A stretch of 63,923 nt of DNA, filler included, from Octopus bimaculoides (lineage: Eukaryota): assembly GCF_001194135.2 (NCBI RefSeq). It is 4 parts of 4 records of this genome, joined end to end, with 100 filler letters (N's around TTAATTAATTAA, not from the genome) between each part and the next. Parts side by side here need not be neighbours in the genome. Positions count along the whole stretch, not along the records: positions 1 to 20,762 come from NC_068982.1; 3 more parts are not named here. One strand, given 5' to 3'. Within the stretch, counting starts at the first letter, position 1. The number at the start of each line of letters is the position of its first letter. The notes beneath the pieces are model-generated. The model worked only from the letters and a program-made list of their open reading frames with translations, had not been told where the DNA came from and did not search any database. The position numbers and the translations under genes are program-made. Below are positions 1-11,779 of the stretch, in pieces.

Positions 1-120
1 AAAACACTTTCAATATAGTAAATATAAGAGCACCACAGCAAACCACAGCACATACCCAAGGCGCACAGAGCTGCGCTCGGTAGTGAAGTGAAAACACGTT
101 ATAAAAATAAAACTACTGAA
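1..120 (+). mobile_element. 3' end of an R4/Dong-like non-LTR retrotransposon
   Basis: Starts with aaa aca ctt tca ata (KTLSI), resembling the C-terminus of R4-clade ORFs. A short 3' UTR then runs into a (TAA)n tail. The family assignment is from recall. Confidence 0.5.
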
Positions 121-130
121 CAATAATAAA

Positions 131-163
<33 letters not shown>

Positions 164-190
164 TATTATTATTATTATAATAATAATAAT

Positions 191-252
<62 letters not shown>
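121..252. repeat. (AAT)n/(ATT)n microsatellite
   Basis: Read directly; accounts for the poly-I ORF 113..307. Confidence 0.97.
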
Positions 253-253
<1 letters not shown>

Positions 254-274
254 TGTTTTTTCTAGTCTGTTTTG

Positions 275-590
275 CTTATTTGGTGTTAGTTGTTGCAGGT
301 TCTTCATCTAATTGAGGGTTAATGCCAAGTTCCTTTGCAAATTTGCAAGCTTCCTTGACAATGGAATGTGATCTTTTGCTGCTTTCGTGTTTGCTATTCT
401 GGAGGTCTTATAACACAGTTCTGCCTACATCATTCTTCTTCCCCCATTACTTCTAGGTAGTTACAAATGATTAACTTCTGCTTTTGTGTGCTACATGTTC
501 TTAGACGTTAGTAGTTTTCTTGTCTTCCCGTCCAGGTGTTAGAGCTCTGTAAGATTCCAGTTAATGATGTTAAAACTAAAAGAACTTAGT
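275..590 (-). mobile_element. Decayed R4/Dong-clade LINE fragment (end of RT region)
   Basis: Minus-strand translation FSFNIINWNLTEL..LDGKTRKLLTSKNM*HTKAEVNHL*LPRSNGGR..HESSKRSHSIVKEACKFAKELGI. This matches the R4-type pattern LDRKTRKLLT..HHPKADVDRLYLPR..GGRGL and contains stops. Confidence 0.75.
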
Positions 591-3082
591 TGCGGCAAAA
601 AAGCTGCGCAAGTTTTTAATATTTTGTGTATTTTAGAAGTATAAACAATTTATTGCCCAAATTGTAACAAATAAATCTTTTATGCTCCCACCCTCCAATG
701 GGCTTATAGAACCCGGTTGAGAACAACTGTTCTAGAGAGACAAAAGTGAAGTTTGCCTGTTGGAAGAAAAAGACAGAACCAAAACAACTGGAAATTAGAT
801 TGCTTGTAATTGCTTATAATATACTTTACAAAGTACCTAACTCCTTTCTTGATGTGCCAATTAAATCGAAGTTTATGCGTATATTTTGACGATTTGTAAA
901 CGAAGTGTTGCAAACAATTCGTTAGCAAGCGGTTTTCTTCGAAGCCTATGATCCTTCCAATAAAGCAATTTTCTTTTGAATAAATTATGTGTAAACGTTA
1001 AGCGCATAAAAATCACTTTACTTACAGTCTTCGTTTTGTAGACTTGATAAAATCAAGGAAGATAAATTTTCACAAATATAAGAATAAACATTACAGCGTA
1101 TATACTAATGAAGAAATTAGCTACGTGTGCGTAATATGGCTTGTTAAGTAAATCTTATTAAATACCTATACTGAATATGGAAGAAACCTTTTCTTATGTA
1201 TGTATGACTGTCAAAGAGATCAATAAATCTACGTCTTAAATTAAATTAAGAGTCTTTTACAGTATTGTGTCATTGGATTACATACCTTTTAGATTTCCAA
1301 GTGTATGTTATGAATAAATTGAGAAGAGATTAGGAATGCAATTTAGATGAACACTGATAAATAACAAAGTTACAATAGAGTTTAGTAAATCTTAGCAAGA
1401 TAACACGACGTGTATCGGTTAATATATATATAGATAATAAAACGCCCATATAATCTACATAATGGTGTGTATGGGTAGTAGACAAATGGATGAAAGGAAA
1501 TATAATTAAATGCTTATCTCATTAGATTAATTATTGCCATAAAGACCGTAAATAAATGTCCAAAGTATGATTATTAAGCTTTGATCGTGTAGATGGAGGA
1601 TCTCAATCGAATATATTTAGATAGAAATGCAACAAACCCAATTCTGATTCGTAAACAACATCAAAGGCCGGGACAATTCTTTGGTGGGATTGTCGAAACC
1701 GGAATTAATATTGCAATATGAATAAATTTCAAGTAATATTTTAGAGTGACTGAACAACAAAGGGGATTACAAATTCAATTACACGGTGTTATACACACCA
1801 TCATGCAGCAATACGCAATAACATATATTTATTTATTCCAATATATATAAATTAATAAAAACAATATTAACTGCCCATTGAATTACTAAGTCATTTGAAT
1901 GTTATAAAGAGGTTTATTATGAACAATAGATATGTCTATTGCTCATATATTAAAACTGAACTATCAACTCTCGATTGCAACAACATATATTCGTCGTTGT
2001 GCTTACGGTGAAATAATTATCTCCGTCTCAGTGACTCACTGTATTGTATTGCTGATCTGTTCAATATTACATTATTATGACTCTATTACAAATTAAATAA
2101 GACTTCAACTAAATAATATAATTCTACTTTGTTATAAAGAAGAGTTTTTTGAAGTGTGAAGCAAATATCTAATACATAGATATAAGGTATTTGGTTGGCA
2201 AATGTAGTACAATTCCTGTACGAAATTATGTATTACATCTGTCCATGCAACAAAACGAGAAACCAATATGAAATCTACCATTACTACACTAGCTACAAAC
2301 ATCCACTAAGTAGGAAATGATTCTATGCATGTCTCACGAAAATATTGATGCCATTCTAGCTGAACAGATGATTAATAACAAATCTTTTTTTAAAATTTGA
2401 CTGTTATAAGATAGAGTGCTAGCATTGTACGACATTGTTGTTTACCTCAAGGCCAGTTCTCATCAAGCAAAACACGATGGAAAGATTCGTCGACTTAAAC
2501 ACCCTGTCTATTTTAAGGTGTAATCTATCTTGTTTATTAATATTACTTCATGTGTCTAAGACGATAACATAAAATAGTTACTATAGAGTTTGGAAGCAAG
2601 ATAACAACATGTATAAGGTAAAATACACATAACAAAACAGCAATATAATCATAATCTGAAAATTCTTGGTTATGATGGAATTGACAAATGCATAAAAGGA
2701 AATATATCTAAATGCTTATCTCATGAAGTCTTTTTTTCATATTGATATTATTTGTAGAAGATAAAATAACAACGTAGAGACATTCTTTGTCATAAATTAT
2801 CACAAAGATTGCACATTTTCAATATTTTCGTTATTACGACAGAGATATTTTTCGGAAAATACTCAATCCTCACTTGTTGATTAAGACTAAGAACATGCTT
2901 TGTGTTCACAAGAAAAATTATTCAGCAAAACATAAATTCGCTCATAATCTTTATTGTGAACAGAGCAGCATTTTATGAAAACGGGTGGTAGATATTTCTG
3001 CAATTTTTCCACTCCTTGAGCAATTATTATTAGACCTACAAATAGGTTTATTGAACGTTAATATTTCAGTTTGACAGTGTTA

Positions 3083-3201
3083 GCGAGCTGGCACAATCGT
3101 TAAAACGCCAGGCAAAATACTTAGTGGCATTTGATTCGTCTTTACGTTCTGAGTTCAAATTCCAACGTGGTGGACTTTGTCTTTCATCCTCTGGGGGTTG
3201 A
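3083..3201 (+). mobile_element. tRNA-derived SINE, family B (Deu/Nin-like central domain), partial
   Basis: gcgagctggcacaatcgtt...gttctgagttcaaattcc...ctttcatcct; homologous to the copies at 27352-27995. Confidence 0.8.
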
Positions 3202-3828
3202 TTATATATATATATATATATATATAGTCTTGTTTTGAAATGTATTGCGTTGAGCCGACAGACTTGCACTTAGAATTCCTGTTTTAAATCAAACCTTGTT
3301 ATTTGTTATGGTGACAACACTATCTATCTATCTATCTGTCTGCCTGTCTATCTACCTAGCTGGTTATCTTTCGTTCACACACACACACTCTCTCTCTCAG
3401 TATTTCTCTCTCAACAACTTTTTCTCTTTCCCTTCCACTAAAACTACATTGTGACCTATATTTTGATTCCTCCGTTTCTCTTCCTCGCTCTAATAGATGT
3501 TGTGACGGACAGTCGGACGGAGATCCCCTAATATAGAGGTTGACATGTACTTTATGAGAACCCATTACATTTTTTACTGGATGTAATTTATGCGCTGAAG
3601 TCTTTCAAATATTATTAGTATTCTCTGAATATTACCTCTAATTTGGGAGTTAGGGAATGGAAATTAAGCCTTTATACAATATGCCCAGTTCTATTACCAA
3701 AGTGTCGTGTACAGCCCTTTCAATTACGCCTGGGTGTAAATAAATAATATCACACTCTCTTCACTATCTCTTGCAAAAACGTTTTAGGGTTACCTCCCTG
3801 AGTACTTTGTTGCTGTCTAATGACGATT

Positions 3829-4104
3829 TTAGAGTAGAATCGTTGGATTGCTTTCGGTTGAGTAATGAGCATCAAATTGAGACAATATCATATATAGAAA
3901 CAATTCTTCTGTTGTTAACCTTCTCAACCTGAATCCCATTATTTGTCTGTGCGTTGTCACCATCTTAGTAACATTAGTGAAAAACGTTTTCCTAATTATT
4001 ATTTCGAAGATGTGATTGCAGAAGCTTTGAGATGTTTTATATAGTGATTGTTTACACATATATTGACATTTCCTCTTTATAATAACTCGTTTTCTACTTT
4101 CTTC
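3829..4104 (-). CDS. Candidate exon of an unidentified gene or pseudogene
   Basis: Acceptor tatatttcag|GAA, then 92 codons to a stop (EESRKRVIIKRKCQYMCKQ...SNPTILL*). No recognised homology. Confidence 0.25.
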   Translation of the reverse strand, partial: EESRKRVIIKRKCQYMCKQSLYKTSQSFCNHIFEIIIRKTFFTNVTKMVTTHRQIMGFRLRRLTTEELFLYMILSQFDAHYSTESNPTILL

Positions 4105-4256
4105 CTGAAATATATATGTGCAAAGATTGAAAGTATTTGGATAAGTTATGGAGAGAGAGAAAACTAATTAGAATGTGGGAATAGTAAATGGAAGAATGAT
4201 ACTATGAGAGTGCTGCACATGGTTAAGAGGGTGAAATAATTTAGAAATATTCTTAC

Positions 4257-4427
4257 CTTTCGTATTTCGGATCATATGAAATATGTGACGATTTACCAAA
4301 CAGTAAAACTGTGTAGGTTTTGGAATCTCAATGCCTTTCACAGTAGGGAATATTAAGGTTCTTTTTCCACCTCCAATCTCAATTATGACAACAATACATC
4401 GGAACATGGAAATCATATTCGAATATG
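4257..4427 (-). CDS. Candidate internal exon (171 nt, phase 1-1)
   Basis: attcag| acceptor and AAG|gtaaga donor. Open frame YSNMISMFRCIVVIIEIGGGKRTLIFPTVKGIEIPKPTQFYCLVNRHIFHMIRNTK. Confidence 0.4.
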
Positions 4428-4570
4428 CTGAATATTAATTTTCTCACTATGCAAATATTTCTGAGATATCGAGCAACTGAAAGTTATTTTCAATTTCATA
4501 CTCAAAAGAAAAAAAAAACTGCATTCTGTTGTTTGTCTTGACACAATGGGCAATTTTCCGCTCGTCTCAC

Positions 4571-4780
4571 CTTCCCAGGATATATCTTCTTTTCAAACTC
4601 TTTTCCAAAATCTTCGCCACTTCTTCCTTTACTAATTTCAACTGAAATTCTTCTTTCATAAATGGAAATATGCAAGCATGATCTGGATTCACTTTCTTCG
4701 AGAAATTCTTTTTTGCATATTTTAAGAAATAAATGAAGCTCTTCAACAGTAATTGTCAAGAACATAAAATTATACCATTG
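4571..4780 (-). CDS. Candidate internal exon (210 nt, phase 0-0)
   Basis: AAG|gtgaga donor with a weak acceptor. Open frame QWYNFMFLTITVEELHLFLKICKKEF...FEKKIYPGK. Confidence 0.3.
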
Positions 4781-5021
4781 CTATCTCCTGAGATATACGC
4801 TAATAAAAGGCTGATATTTACTGTTTAAAATGTCACTAAGTTGTTCTAAATTATATGAATATCTAATATATTGATGAATCATCTTTCCCAACTATTTATT
4901 ACATTATTAGAAAAGAAGAATAAAATTATATTTGTTGAAGTCAGAAAAACAAACTGTAAACAAACGAAATAAAGACTTTATATTTATATTATTATTACCA
5001 TGTTGATTGCAGTTTACATAC

Positions 5022-5111
5022 GTGATATGATAACAAAAAGATCATTAATTTTGCGATAATAAATGTGTTGCTGCAAGCTTATTACGCTTAAAACTTTATT
5101 GCAATATATTT
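5022..5111 (-). CDS. Candidate internal exon (90 nt, phase 1-1)
   Basis: catgcag| acceptor and |gtatgt donor. Open frame IYCNKVLSVISLQQHIYYRKINDLFVIIS. Confidence 0.25.
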
Positions 5112-5635
5112 CTGCATGAGATTTAATGCATAGAAATTTTGAGTGGAAGATACACTAAATAAATAAATACATATGAAAAAGAAGAATACTGACGAAGATT
5201 ATAAAAGTTTGAGAAAACTTATTAAAGATTAATCAATACTTACTGTTTGAAAGTATTATTTAGATTAGTCTTACTCTAACGTACACCAAGGAGCCAAAAT
5301 ACCTCATAGCATATGTTAAATCAAATTTATCTTATGAATTCATTCCCTCTTATTTTATTTCAAATGTATATTATATAAGTAAAATATCTTCCTGATATGT
5401 TACGTTCCGTTCCCTGTGTATTGAGTGAGCAAATACAGTTCATTGTTGCAATGTCATGGCGTCTCCTCAATAGTCTTCCTGATGATTGTATGAAGTGCTA
5501 AGTATATCTCTTCATGGTCTTTTTTACAGATGATTTACTTTTGCATCTTCTCATTTGAGTAGGAAATTAGAACAAACTCTCTAGCAAAATGTTGAATCCA
5601 GTTATTATGAATTGAGAGAGTGACACTATATAGAA

Positions 5636-5677
5636 AGAGAGAGAGAGAGAGAGAGAGCGAGTCTGTGTGTGTGTGTA

Positions 5678-5740
<63 letters not shown>
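5636..5740. repeat. Compound (GA)n-(GT)n-(GA)n microsatellite
   Basis: Read directly. Confidence 0.95.
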
Positions 5741-5743
<3 letters not shown>

Positions 5744-6124
5744 TTGAGATTTGTAATATTTTAATTAAGGTGTTGTTCTTTACGATGAGCTGTGCATAAA
5801 ATAGGTATTGCTTTATTAATGACGAGCCGTCAAACTTACAACTATCCAAATTAATGTATCTATCACCTGAACTATGCAATTGTTTGAAGACGGAAGCCTA
5901 TTAATGTTCTTTGAGGATCAGTTCACAAGACGTGAAAGGCTCCCACACTACTATTTCCACACATCTATAGCATAGAAAACCTGGGTTATGATCCCATGTC
6001 ACCCTGAATGGTGGATTTGCAATAGTGAAATTTACGCTGTATTTTGCATAAAATAGAAACTGCATGCGTATATATATATATATATATATATATGTTTGTA
6101 TAAATATATGCGATAAATTGTGAA

Positions 6125-6327
6125 GCAGTGACTAGTGATGATTCTGTGAATATTAATATTTTTTATAGGCTTAAAGCTTATAAGCGACCACTGTGTATTG
6201 ACTAAAGAAAATAGTCTAGTATTGGGGTATATAAGCCCTTGACGGATAAAAAAGTGGGTTTCCCGAACGCATGGGACTAAAACCCACAACTCTATTATTC
6301 GCGATAAATGCACTAGCCATTACACCA
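6125..6327 (-). mobile_element. tRNA-derived SINE-like repeat, family E
   Basis: The reverse complement starts tggtgtaatggctagtgc (A-box-like) with a degenerate B box. It aligns with 15334-15530 through the shared tttctttagtcaatacaca and cttataagctttaagc. Confidence 0.7.
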
Positions 6328-6470
6328 ACATACCCACTCATTTTCCGGTTAGATTTATGAACTTTAATTTCCTAGTGTTGTTTTTAAAACAAACATTACA
6401 GAATATATACATACATACGTGCATACATATATACATACATACATGCATACATACATACGTATATATTGAT

Positions 6471-6962
6471 GGGTAAATTGTTGCCATTTTATATCTTTAA
6501 TTTCGCGATTGCGTATTGTCCGTTCTTCATTTTGTCGCCTACACAGTATAGTAGGGTCAGTTGAGCACCGTCTTTGAGAAAAACAGGACCATGACGCCAT
6601 TCAATCTGCTAGAAATTTGTAAACGACATGCTGTACTCCTTGGTATTCGCGCCGGAAGCTCCAATATGAACATTTCAGAGAGTTTATGTGTCAATCTGAG
6701 GACAGTGCAGAGGCTTTGGAAAGAGTTGAATGAAATTAATGAAGATTACGACGGTACGGTAACTCAGATGACTCACTCTGATCGTATCGTTCTTAGGCCA
6801 TGATTGACAACGATCCCTCCAAGTCAATCAGAACTATCGTTCAGGACCATCATCAGGGACGGGCGACTGTCTGAGTTTCTTATCAGGCAGGTAGTGCATG
6901 AAGACATTCGGTATTCCTCATACGAGATGTGAAAGAGCTAATTTTTTTTATCCCAAGCCATA
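6471..6962 (+). mobile_element. Tc1/mariner-superfamily transposon remnant (N-terminal HTH region)
   Basis: ORF 6561..6803 contains KRHAVLLGIRAGSSNMNISESLCVNLRTVQRLWKEL, a transposase-type helix-turn-helix. The downstream sequence is decayed. Confidence 0.55.
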
Positions 6963-7149
6963 ATATGAACGTCACTGTTTAGATTAATAGTGTTAGAGAA
7001 ATATGTAAGCAGAAAGTAGGGAAGTTGAAGTGCATATGCTGCATGGAGTAGAATAAATATAAAATTAATAATGCTGGAATATTTTCAGAAGAGGAGATAT
7101 TTTGTCTGTTAGCATATGTATAAAGCAGATACAAAGAAAGTTAACATTA

Positions 7150-7494
7150 GAGGTTCAAGTGACAAGTGACCATTCACAAAGCGAGAAAACCACTCGTAAA
7201 CTGGTGTTTTGCTCATGGCAGCGTCCTTCTAGGCTGCTTGAAGTATGACAACTGTTTCGGCCGCCGTTTTCCTCAGCAGAAAAAAGAATTTGACGAAAGC
7301 ACGCTCTTCGTTTCAGCCATCGCAAAAATCGACGAACAGGGGAGGAGCACAGCAAAACAAAGATGCACCACGTAGCAGTACTGATCTAATGAACGACACC
7401 GGTAGGCAGACCGATGCCTGAGGGTCGCATCAAGTGGCTTCTAGCATGGGTTTGTCCCACAGAACGTTTCTGATTATTTTGGGGTACCGCCTTG
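7150..7494 (-). mobile_element. 5' fragment of a mariner transposon
   Basis: A frame absent from the ORF track reads EERAFVKFFFLLRKTAAETVVILQAA*KDAAMSKTPVYEWFSRFVNGHLSLE, a mariner N-terminus. A TIR-like end TA|CAAGGCGGTACCCCAAAATAATCAGAA has its TA at 7495-7496. Confidence 0.85.
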
Positions 7495-7509
7495 TAGAAT
7501 AACACGCTC

Positions 7510-7576
7510 TCTCTCATTCTCTTTCTCTCTCTCCTCTCTATCTCTGTCTCTCTGTCTCTCTCTCTCTCTCTCTGTC

Positions 7577-7621
<45 letters not shown>
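7510..7621. repeat. (CT)n-(CTAT)n microsatellite running into an N gap
   Basis: Read directly. Confidence 0.95.
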
Positions 7622-8914
7622 NNNNNNNNNNNNNNNNNNNNNNNNNNNNNNNNNNNNNNNNNNNNNNNNNNNNNNNNNNNNNNNNNNNNNNNNNNNNNNN
7701 NNNNNNNNNNNNNNNNNNNNNNNNNNNNNNNNNNNNNNNNNNNNNNNNNNNNNNNNNNNNNNNNNNNNNNNNNNNNNNNNNNNNNNNNNNNNNNNATATA
7801 TATATATATATATATAAACTGAATCTACATGAAATGTAAATCTGTCTTCTGAAGTTTTAATTTTCTCTCTTATGTTGCCAGTATTTTTTAAATTGAACAT
7901 TTCCCCATAGATTTGATAAAATAAGATTGTCAATAAATATAGCTTTAAAGTGGATTATAGTTACTCAAAAATCTTTGCTGTTTCTGTTGTGAGTAGAAAC
8001 GGAAGAAAACTCTCAAATGCGAACACAAAATACTATTATCCTCGACGTAATTTCTTTACCTTTAAAGCCTTCCCTCTCAAACATATATCTCTTTGTAGAG
8101 TATTAGTTTCCTCCATGCATCAAGAATGTAAGGCACCAAACAAGTATATAGGTTAAGTACCCCTTAACACTCTTGCCCAGATAAGGCAACTAGTTACTGT
8201 TTTAAATCCAACTGATGCCCGATACAGCGTGGATTCCCTTTGCACCAAATGTTATGTTCATGGACGCTCTGAGTATATCCTATTATAGACTTAGATAAAA
8301 TCTTGTTGACATTTCCCTCCCCGAAAAATCATTTAGAACGAAAAAAGAAACTAATACAGTTAGTTATCGACATTAAAATTTCTTTACCTTTGCGTGTGTT
8401 ATCGTATCTAGTTGGGTTTCAGAATATCAAAAAAAAAAAGAATAAAAGAATATTTTGTGTTTAAATGTTTGAAAATTGAATACACGGAAGCGTAACTACT
8501 TGTACAGATTTAGTGACCAGTCAAATTTCTGTAACAAAGATATTTGCTTTTGTTACACTGATTCCCTGCTGCAACAACTATTTGAATAATCATTAACGTT
8601 AAACTTACAACAACAATCCAAGATGTTTCAGATTCTAATAAACTCGACTTTTGTATCGAGTACTTTTTCATCGTTTAGACCATTGCGCACTCACAAGGAT
8701 CTCCCCCCCCACTCACATAAACATACATACTGTAAATACATACTTCCATATATATGAATATTTGTGTGTGTGTTTGTGTTTGTGTATGTGAGTGTGAGTG
8801 TGTGCTTGAGTATACTTGTTGATATGCACATGAAAGCAAATATATTTATCTCGTCATTCATGCAGCATCAGATGAGTGAATGGGAACTACGAGATATTAT
8901 ATTAGACAACAGTG

Positions 8915-9040
8915 AAGAGTGAAATCAAATTTAACGCTATTAAATGTGTTGGTATAGCTCCAACCTGTGAATCCCACGAAAGTTGCCAGACTAGATTGGC
9001 CACAAAGTACATCAGTATTAAATTTAATTTCACTTATCTT
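8915..9040. mobile_element. Short foldback/MITE-like element
   Basis: Imperfect inverted termini aagagtgaaatcaaatttaacgct and agtattaaatttaatttcacttatctt. Confidence 0.5.
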
Positions 9041-9480
9041 AGCAACCAACAGCAATCATTCTCAACACAGATTTGCTGACATTAATGAAACTTCTCTTGT
9101 CAATTATTATTTAAACAACTATTAATAACCGACGACTTAATTTCAGATATGCAGTTGTAGAGAATTACTATGGACTTTCAAAAATGTTTGGTTCCTCAAG
9201 CAACTTTATAATATCGATTTATGATATTGGCATATGTTTAGAAATTTCGACGAAGCGATATAGTCGGAATACTGATATATAATAGACATAGTTAACTGGT
9301 AGGTTATGGTTCTTAGTCTGTTTCGACGATGACTTTTAAGTTGTTCGCCCCAGCGAATAACATGAGCTTTTAACAAGACTTTAAAAATCTGAGCACAAGT
9401 ACATGTATCCTTTGCATAAATCTTGGCCGTAAAGAGCATGATAGAATGTGAAAAGACCTGATCATTAAATTACGGTTGCA

Positions 9481-9548
<68 letters not shown>

Positions 9549-9641
9549 CATCATCATCATTATTATTATTCAGGTCACTGTCTGCAATCGAACTCGGAAT
9601 ATTGGGTTAGTAGCCGCGCTCTTAATCACTACGCCATATGA

Positions 9642-9691
<50 letters not shown>

Positions 9692-9830
9692 TCGAAAAAT
9701 ACCTTAGGAATGAGAACCCAAGACAGCTGATGAAGCCTGGAAGTTATGTCAGCCGAAACGTTGTGTTAACAACAAACAAGATGAGGACAAATATCCGTCA
9801 ATTGTAAATAATGTAAATAACGTATCATAA
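9481..9830. mobile_element. Composite repeat: (ATT)n, tRNA-like head (minus), (AAT)n, Penelope-like tail with hammerhead motif
   Basis: 9571-9637 reverse complement reads ggcgtagtgattaagagcgcggctactaacccaatattccgagttcgattgcag (A and B boxes). CTGATGA..GAAAC core at 9727-9759. Confidence 0.65.
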
Positions 9831-10987
9831 CCAAATTCGGAGGCATACTTGGGTTAATATGGTATTTATAGATTAGACTCCAGTAATGTACGAAATTTTC
9901 TGTTCATGTACCATAGGTGGAGAAAATTCCTTTTTATCAAATAGCTGCTGGGGAGCAACTAACGTGGCTCAGTGGTGCTCATCACAAACGCGGTTAAGCT
10001 GCCCAACACTGTGATAACCGAATGATGGAGAGAAACACTGAAAAGAAGGTTGAAATACAACTATTTTCTTGACGTTTGAAATTCTAGGATTGTCTATATG
10101 TTGATCATGTTATCACATATGGTGCACTAATTATATCATATCTCAAACAAACAACTTATTTCCTTTTGAACTAGTTCTTTTGAAGGATATTTCAATTTCC
10201 GTGCGAGTATTTTTTTCTCTCTTCGTCTTTCATTGTTATTTGGAAACTTTGATAAATCTGAACGAAAATCTTTTCGCGTTGTGATATTCTATGTATAATT
10301 TTTATCAAACAAATATATTTTGCATCTTATACCGAATCTTCTATTTTTATTTAAAACTGCCGATATATTGTCAAATGAGTATAACTTAACTACCGATGAT
10401 ACCTGTAAATGATATAGTTGCAAAATTTGGAATATTGAATATGTAGTGATCAAACTGTTTCGTTGTCATTGACCGCCTGTCAGTGAGGAATATTTCTTGT
10501 TCAGTTATTTTAACATTGTACATTGTGTTTTAATGATAATAGAATGTTCTTGCCAATACTGAAACTTTCGGTTTTGCCAATATTTCAGTTGTTTTTACAG
10601 AATTTGCTTAAATACCTTCAGTTCACACCTGTCCAGTTCTTACCAGAGAGAAGATTGTTCAAGCATTGTTCAATATGTTTCCCCGATATATGTATTCTTC
10701 TTCCTTAATTGGGACCTTTTCGAGTTAAAATTATCATTTATTTTATCTTCATTTGTTTCAATATAAAATAAAGATTTCTATTTGTCATTTGATGTTTCTC
10801 GTACTAATTAATATTATCTTTCCTCACTTTTTAATAATGTCTTTAAACCAATGTATTTCTTTATGCTACTTCTCTGTTTTATTCCGATCTCATTTTCCTT
10901 GAGTGCGTGATGCGTATATTCTATCTATAACTACAGACATATTAGTATAGACCTAGTCATGCTGGGTTTTCTTATATCGAAACTATA

Positions 10988-11678
10988 CAGGGTGTCCACA
11001 AAGTCGGTACATGGATTTATTTAAACATGTCGAGAGATAAATTAATACCTCAAATTGAGCGCCTAGGCGAGGGACTTCCGAATTGGTTTCAGCAGGATGG
11101 GGCTCTTGCACATTTTGCAACAACTGTTAGAGATTGGCTTAATGACACTTTTCCTCGCTTGATTCGAAGAAGGGGGTCATGTGGAAAGGTTCCCTCGTTC
11201 ACCAAACCTTTCTCCCCTTGACTTCTTTTTCTGGGGTATGTTGAAACAGAAAATTTACTCAACAAAGAGTACAGATCTAAACCACACGAGAGAACGCATT
11301 ACCAGTCAGCGTGCTGAAATTCATGGCAATGTAGACTTATTTAACCGAGTTCACCTGAATTTTGCAAGGCGTATCAAGTTATTCATTGAAAATGACGGAA
11401 ATCATTTTGAAAACATTATTTATTAACATTATAATTAAATAGCCGGCCACCAATACTTTTTTCTGCAAAATAGGGGTAGCTTATCCTGTTCAGGCTATAT
11501 TATTAGCATTGTCTTGTGTTTGAGAATTTAAAATCACTTCTTTAACTTTCTAAGACATCTCAAAGCTTTTAAAGGAAACTTCGTTTGTTTGTTGACGTTC
11601 ATCGTAATTTGAATTTAAAATTGTTTTTTTTAAAGTATGTGTTAATCCCCATGTACCCAGATGTTTGTGGACACTCTG
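10988..11678 (+). mobile_element. Internally deleted Tc1/mariner-superfamily transposon (DD41D-like spacing)
   Basis: TIRs TA|CAGGGTGTCCACAAAGTC..GTACATGG and CCATGTACCCAGATGTTTGTGGACACTCTG|TA. Encodes WFQQDGALAH..VRDWLNDTFP..PRSPNLSPLDFFFWGMLK with a frameshift; about 40 residues separate the last two Asp. Confidence 0.9.
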
Positions 11679-11779
11679 TAGATTAATACTAATATAGTTA
11701 ATGCAGTTTTGACTTTCAGTCACGTCCCTTCTGAATCCTTCAGCAATCTTAATAGATGCTCCTGTTTGTTATCATATTT

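Noticed and set aside
2830-4780. Naming the candidate exons as cyclic-nucleotide-binding or HNOBA-domain protein
   Set aside because: The resemblance is only a few residues seen by eye. It is not supportable without a profile search.
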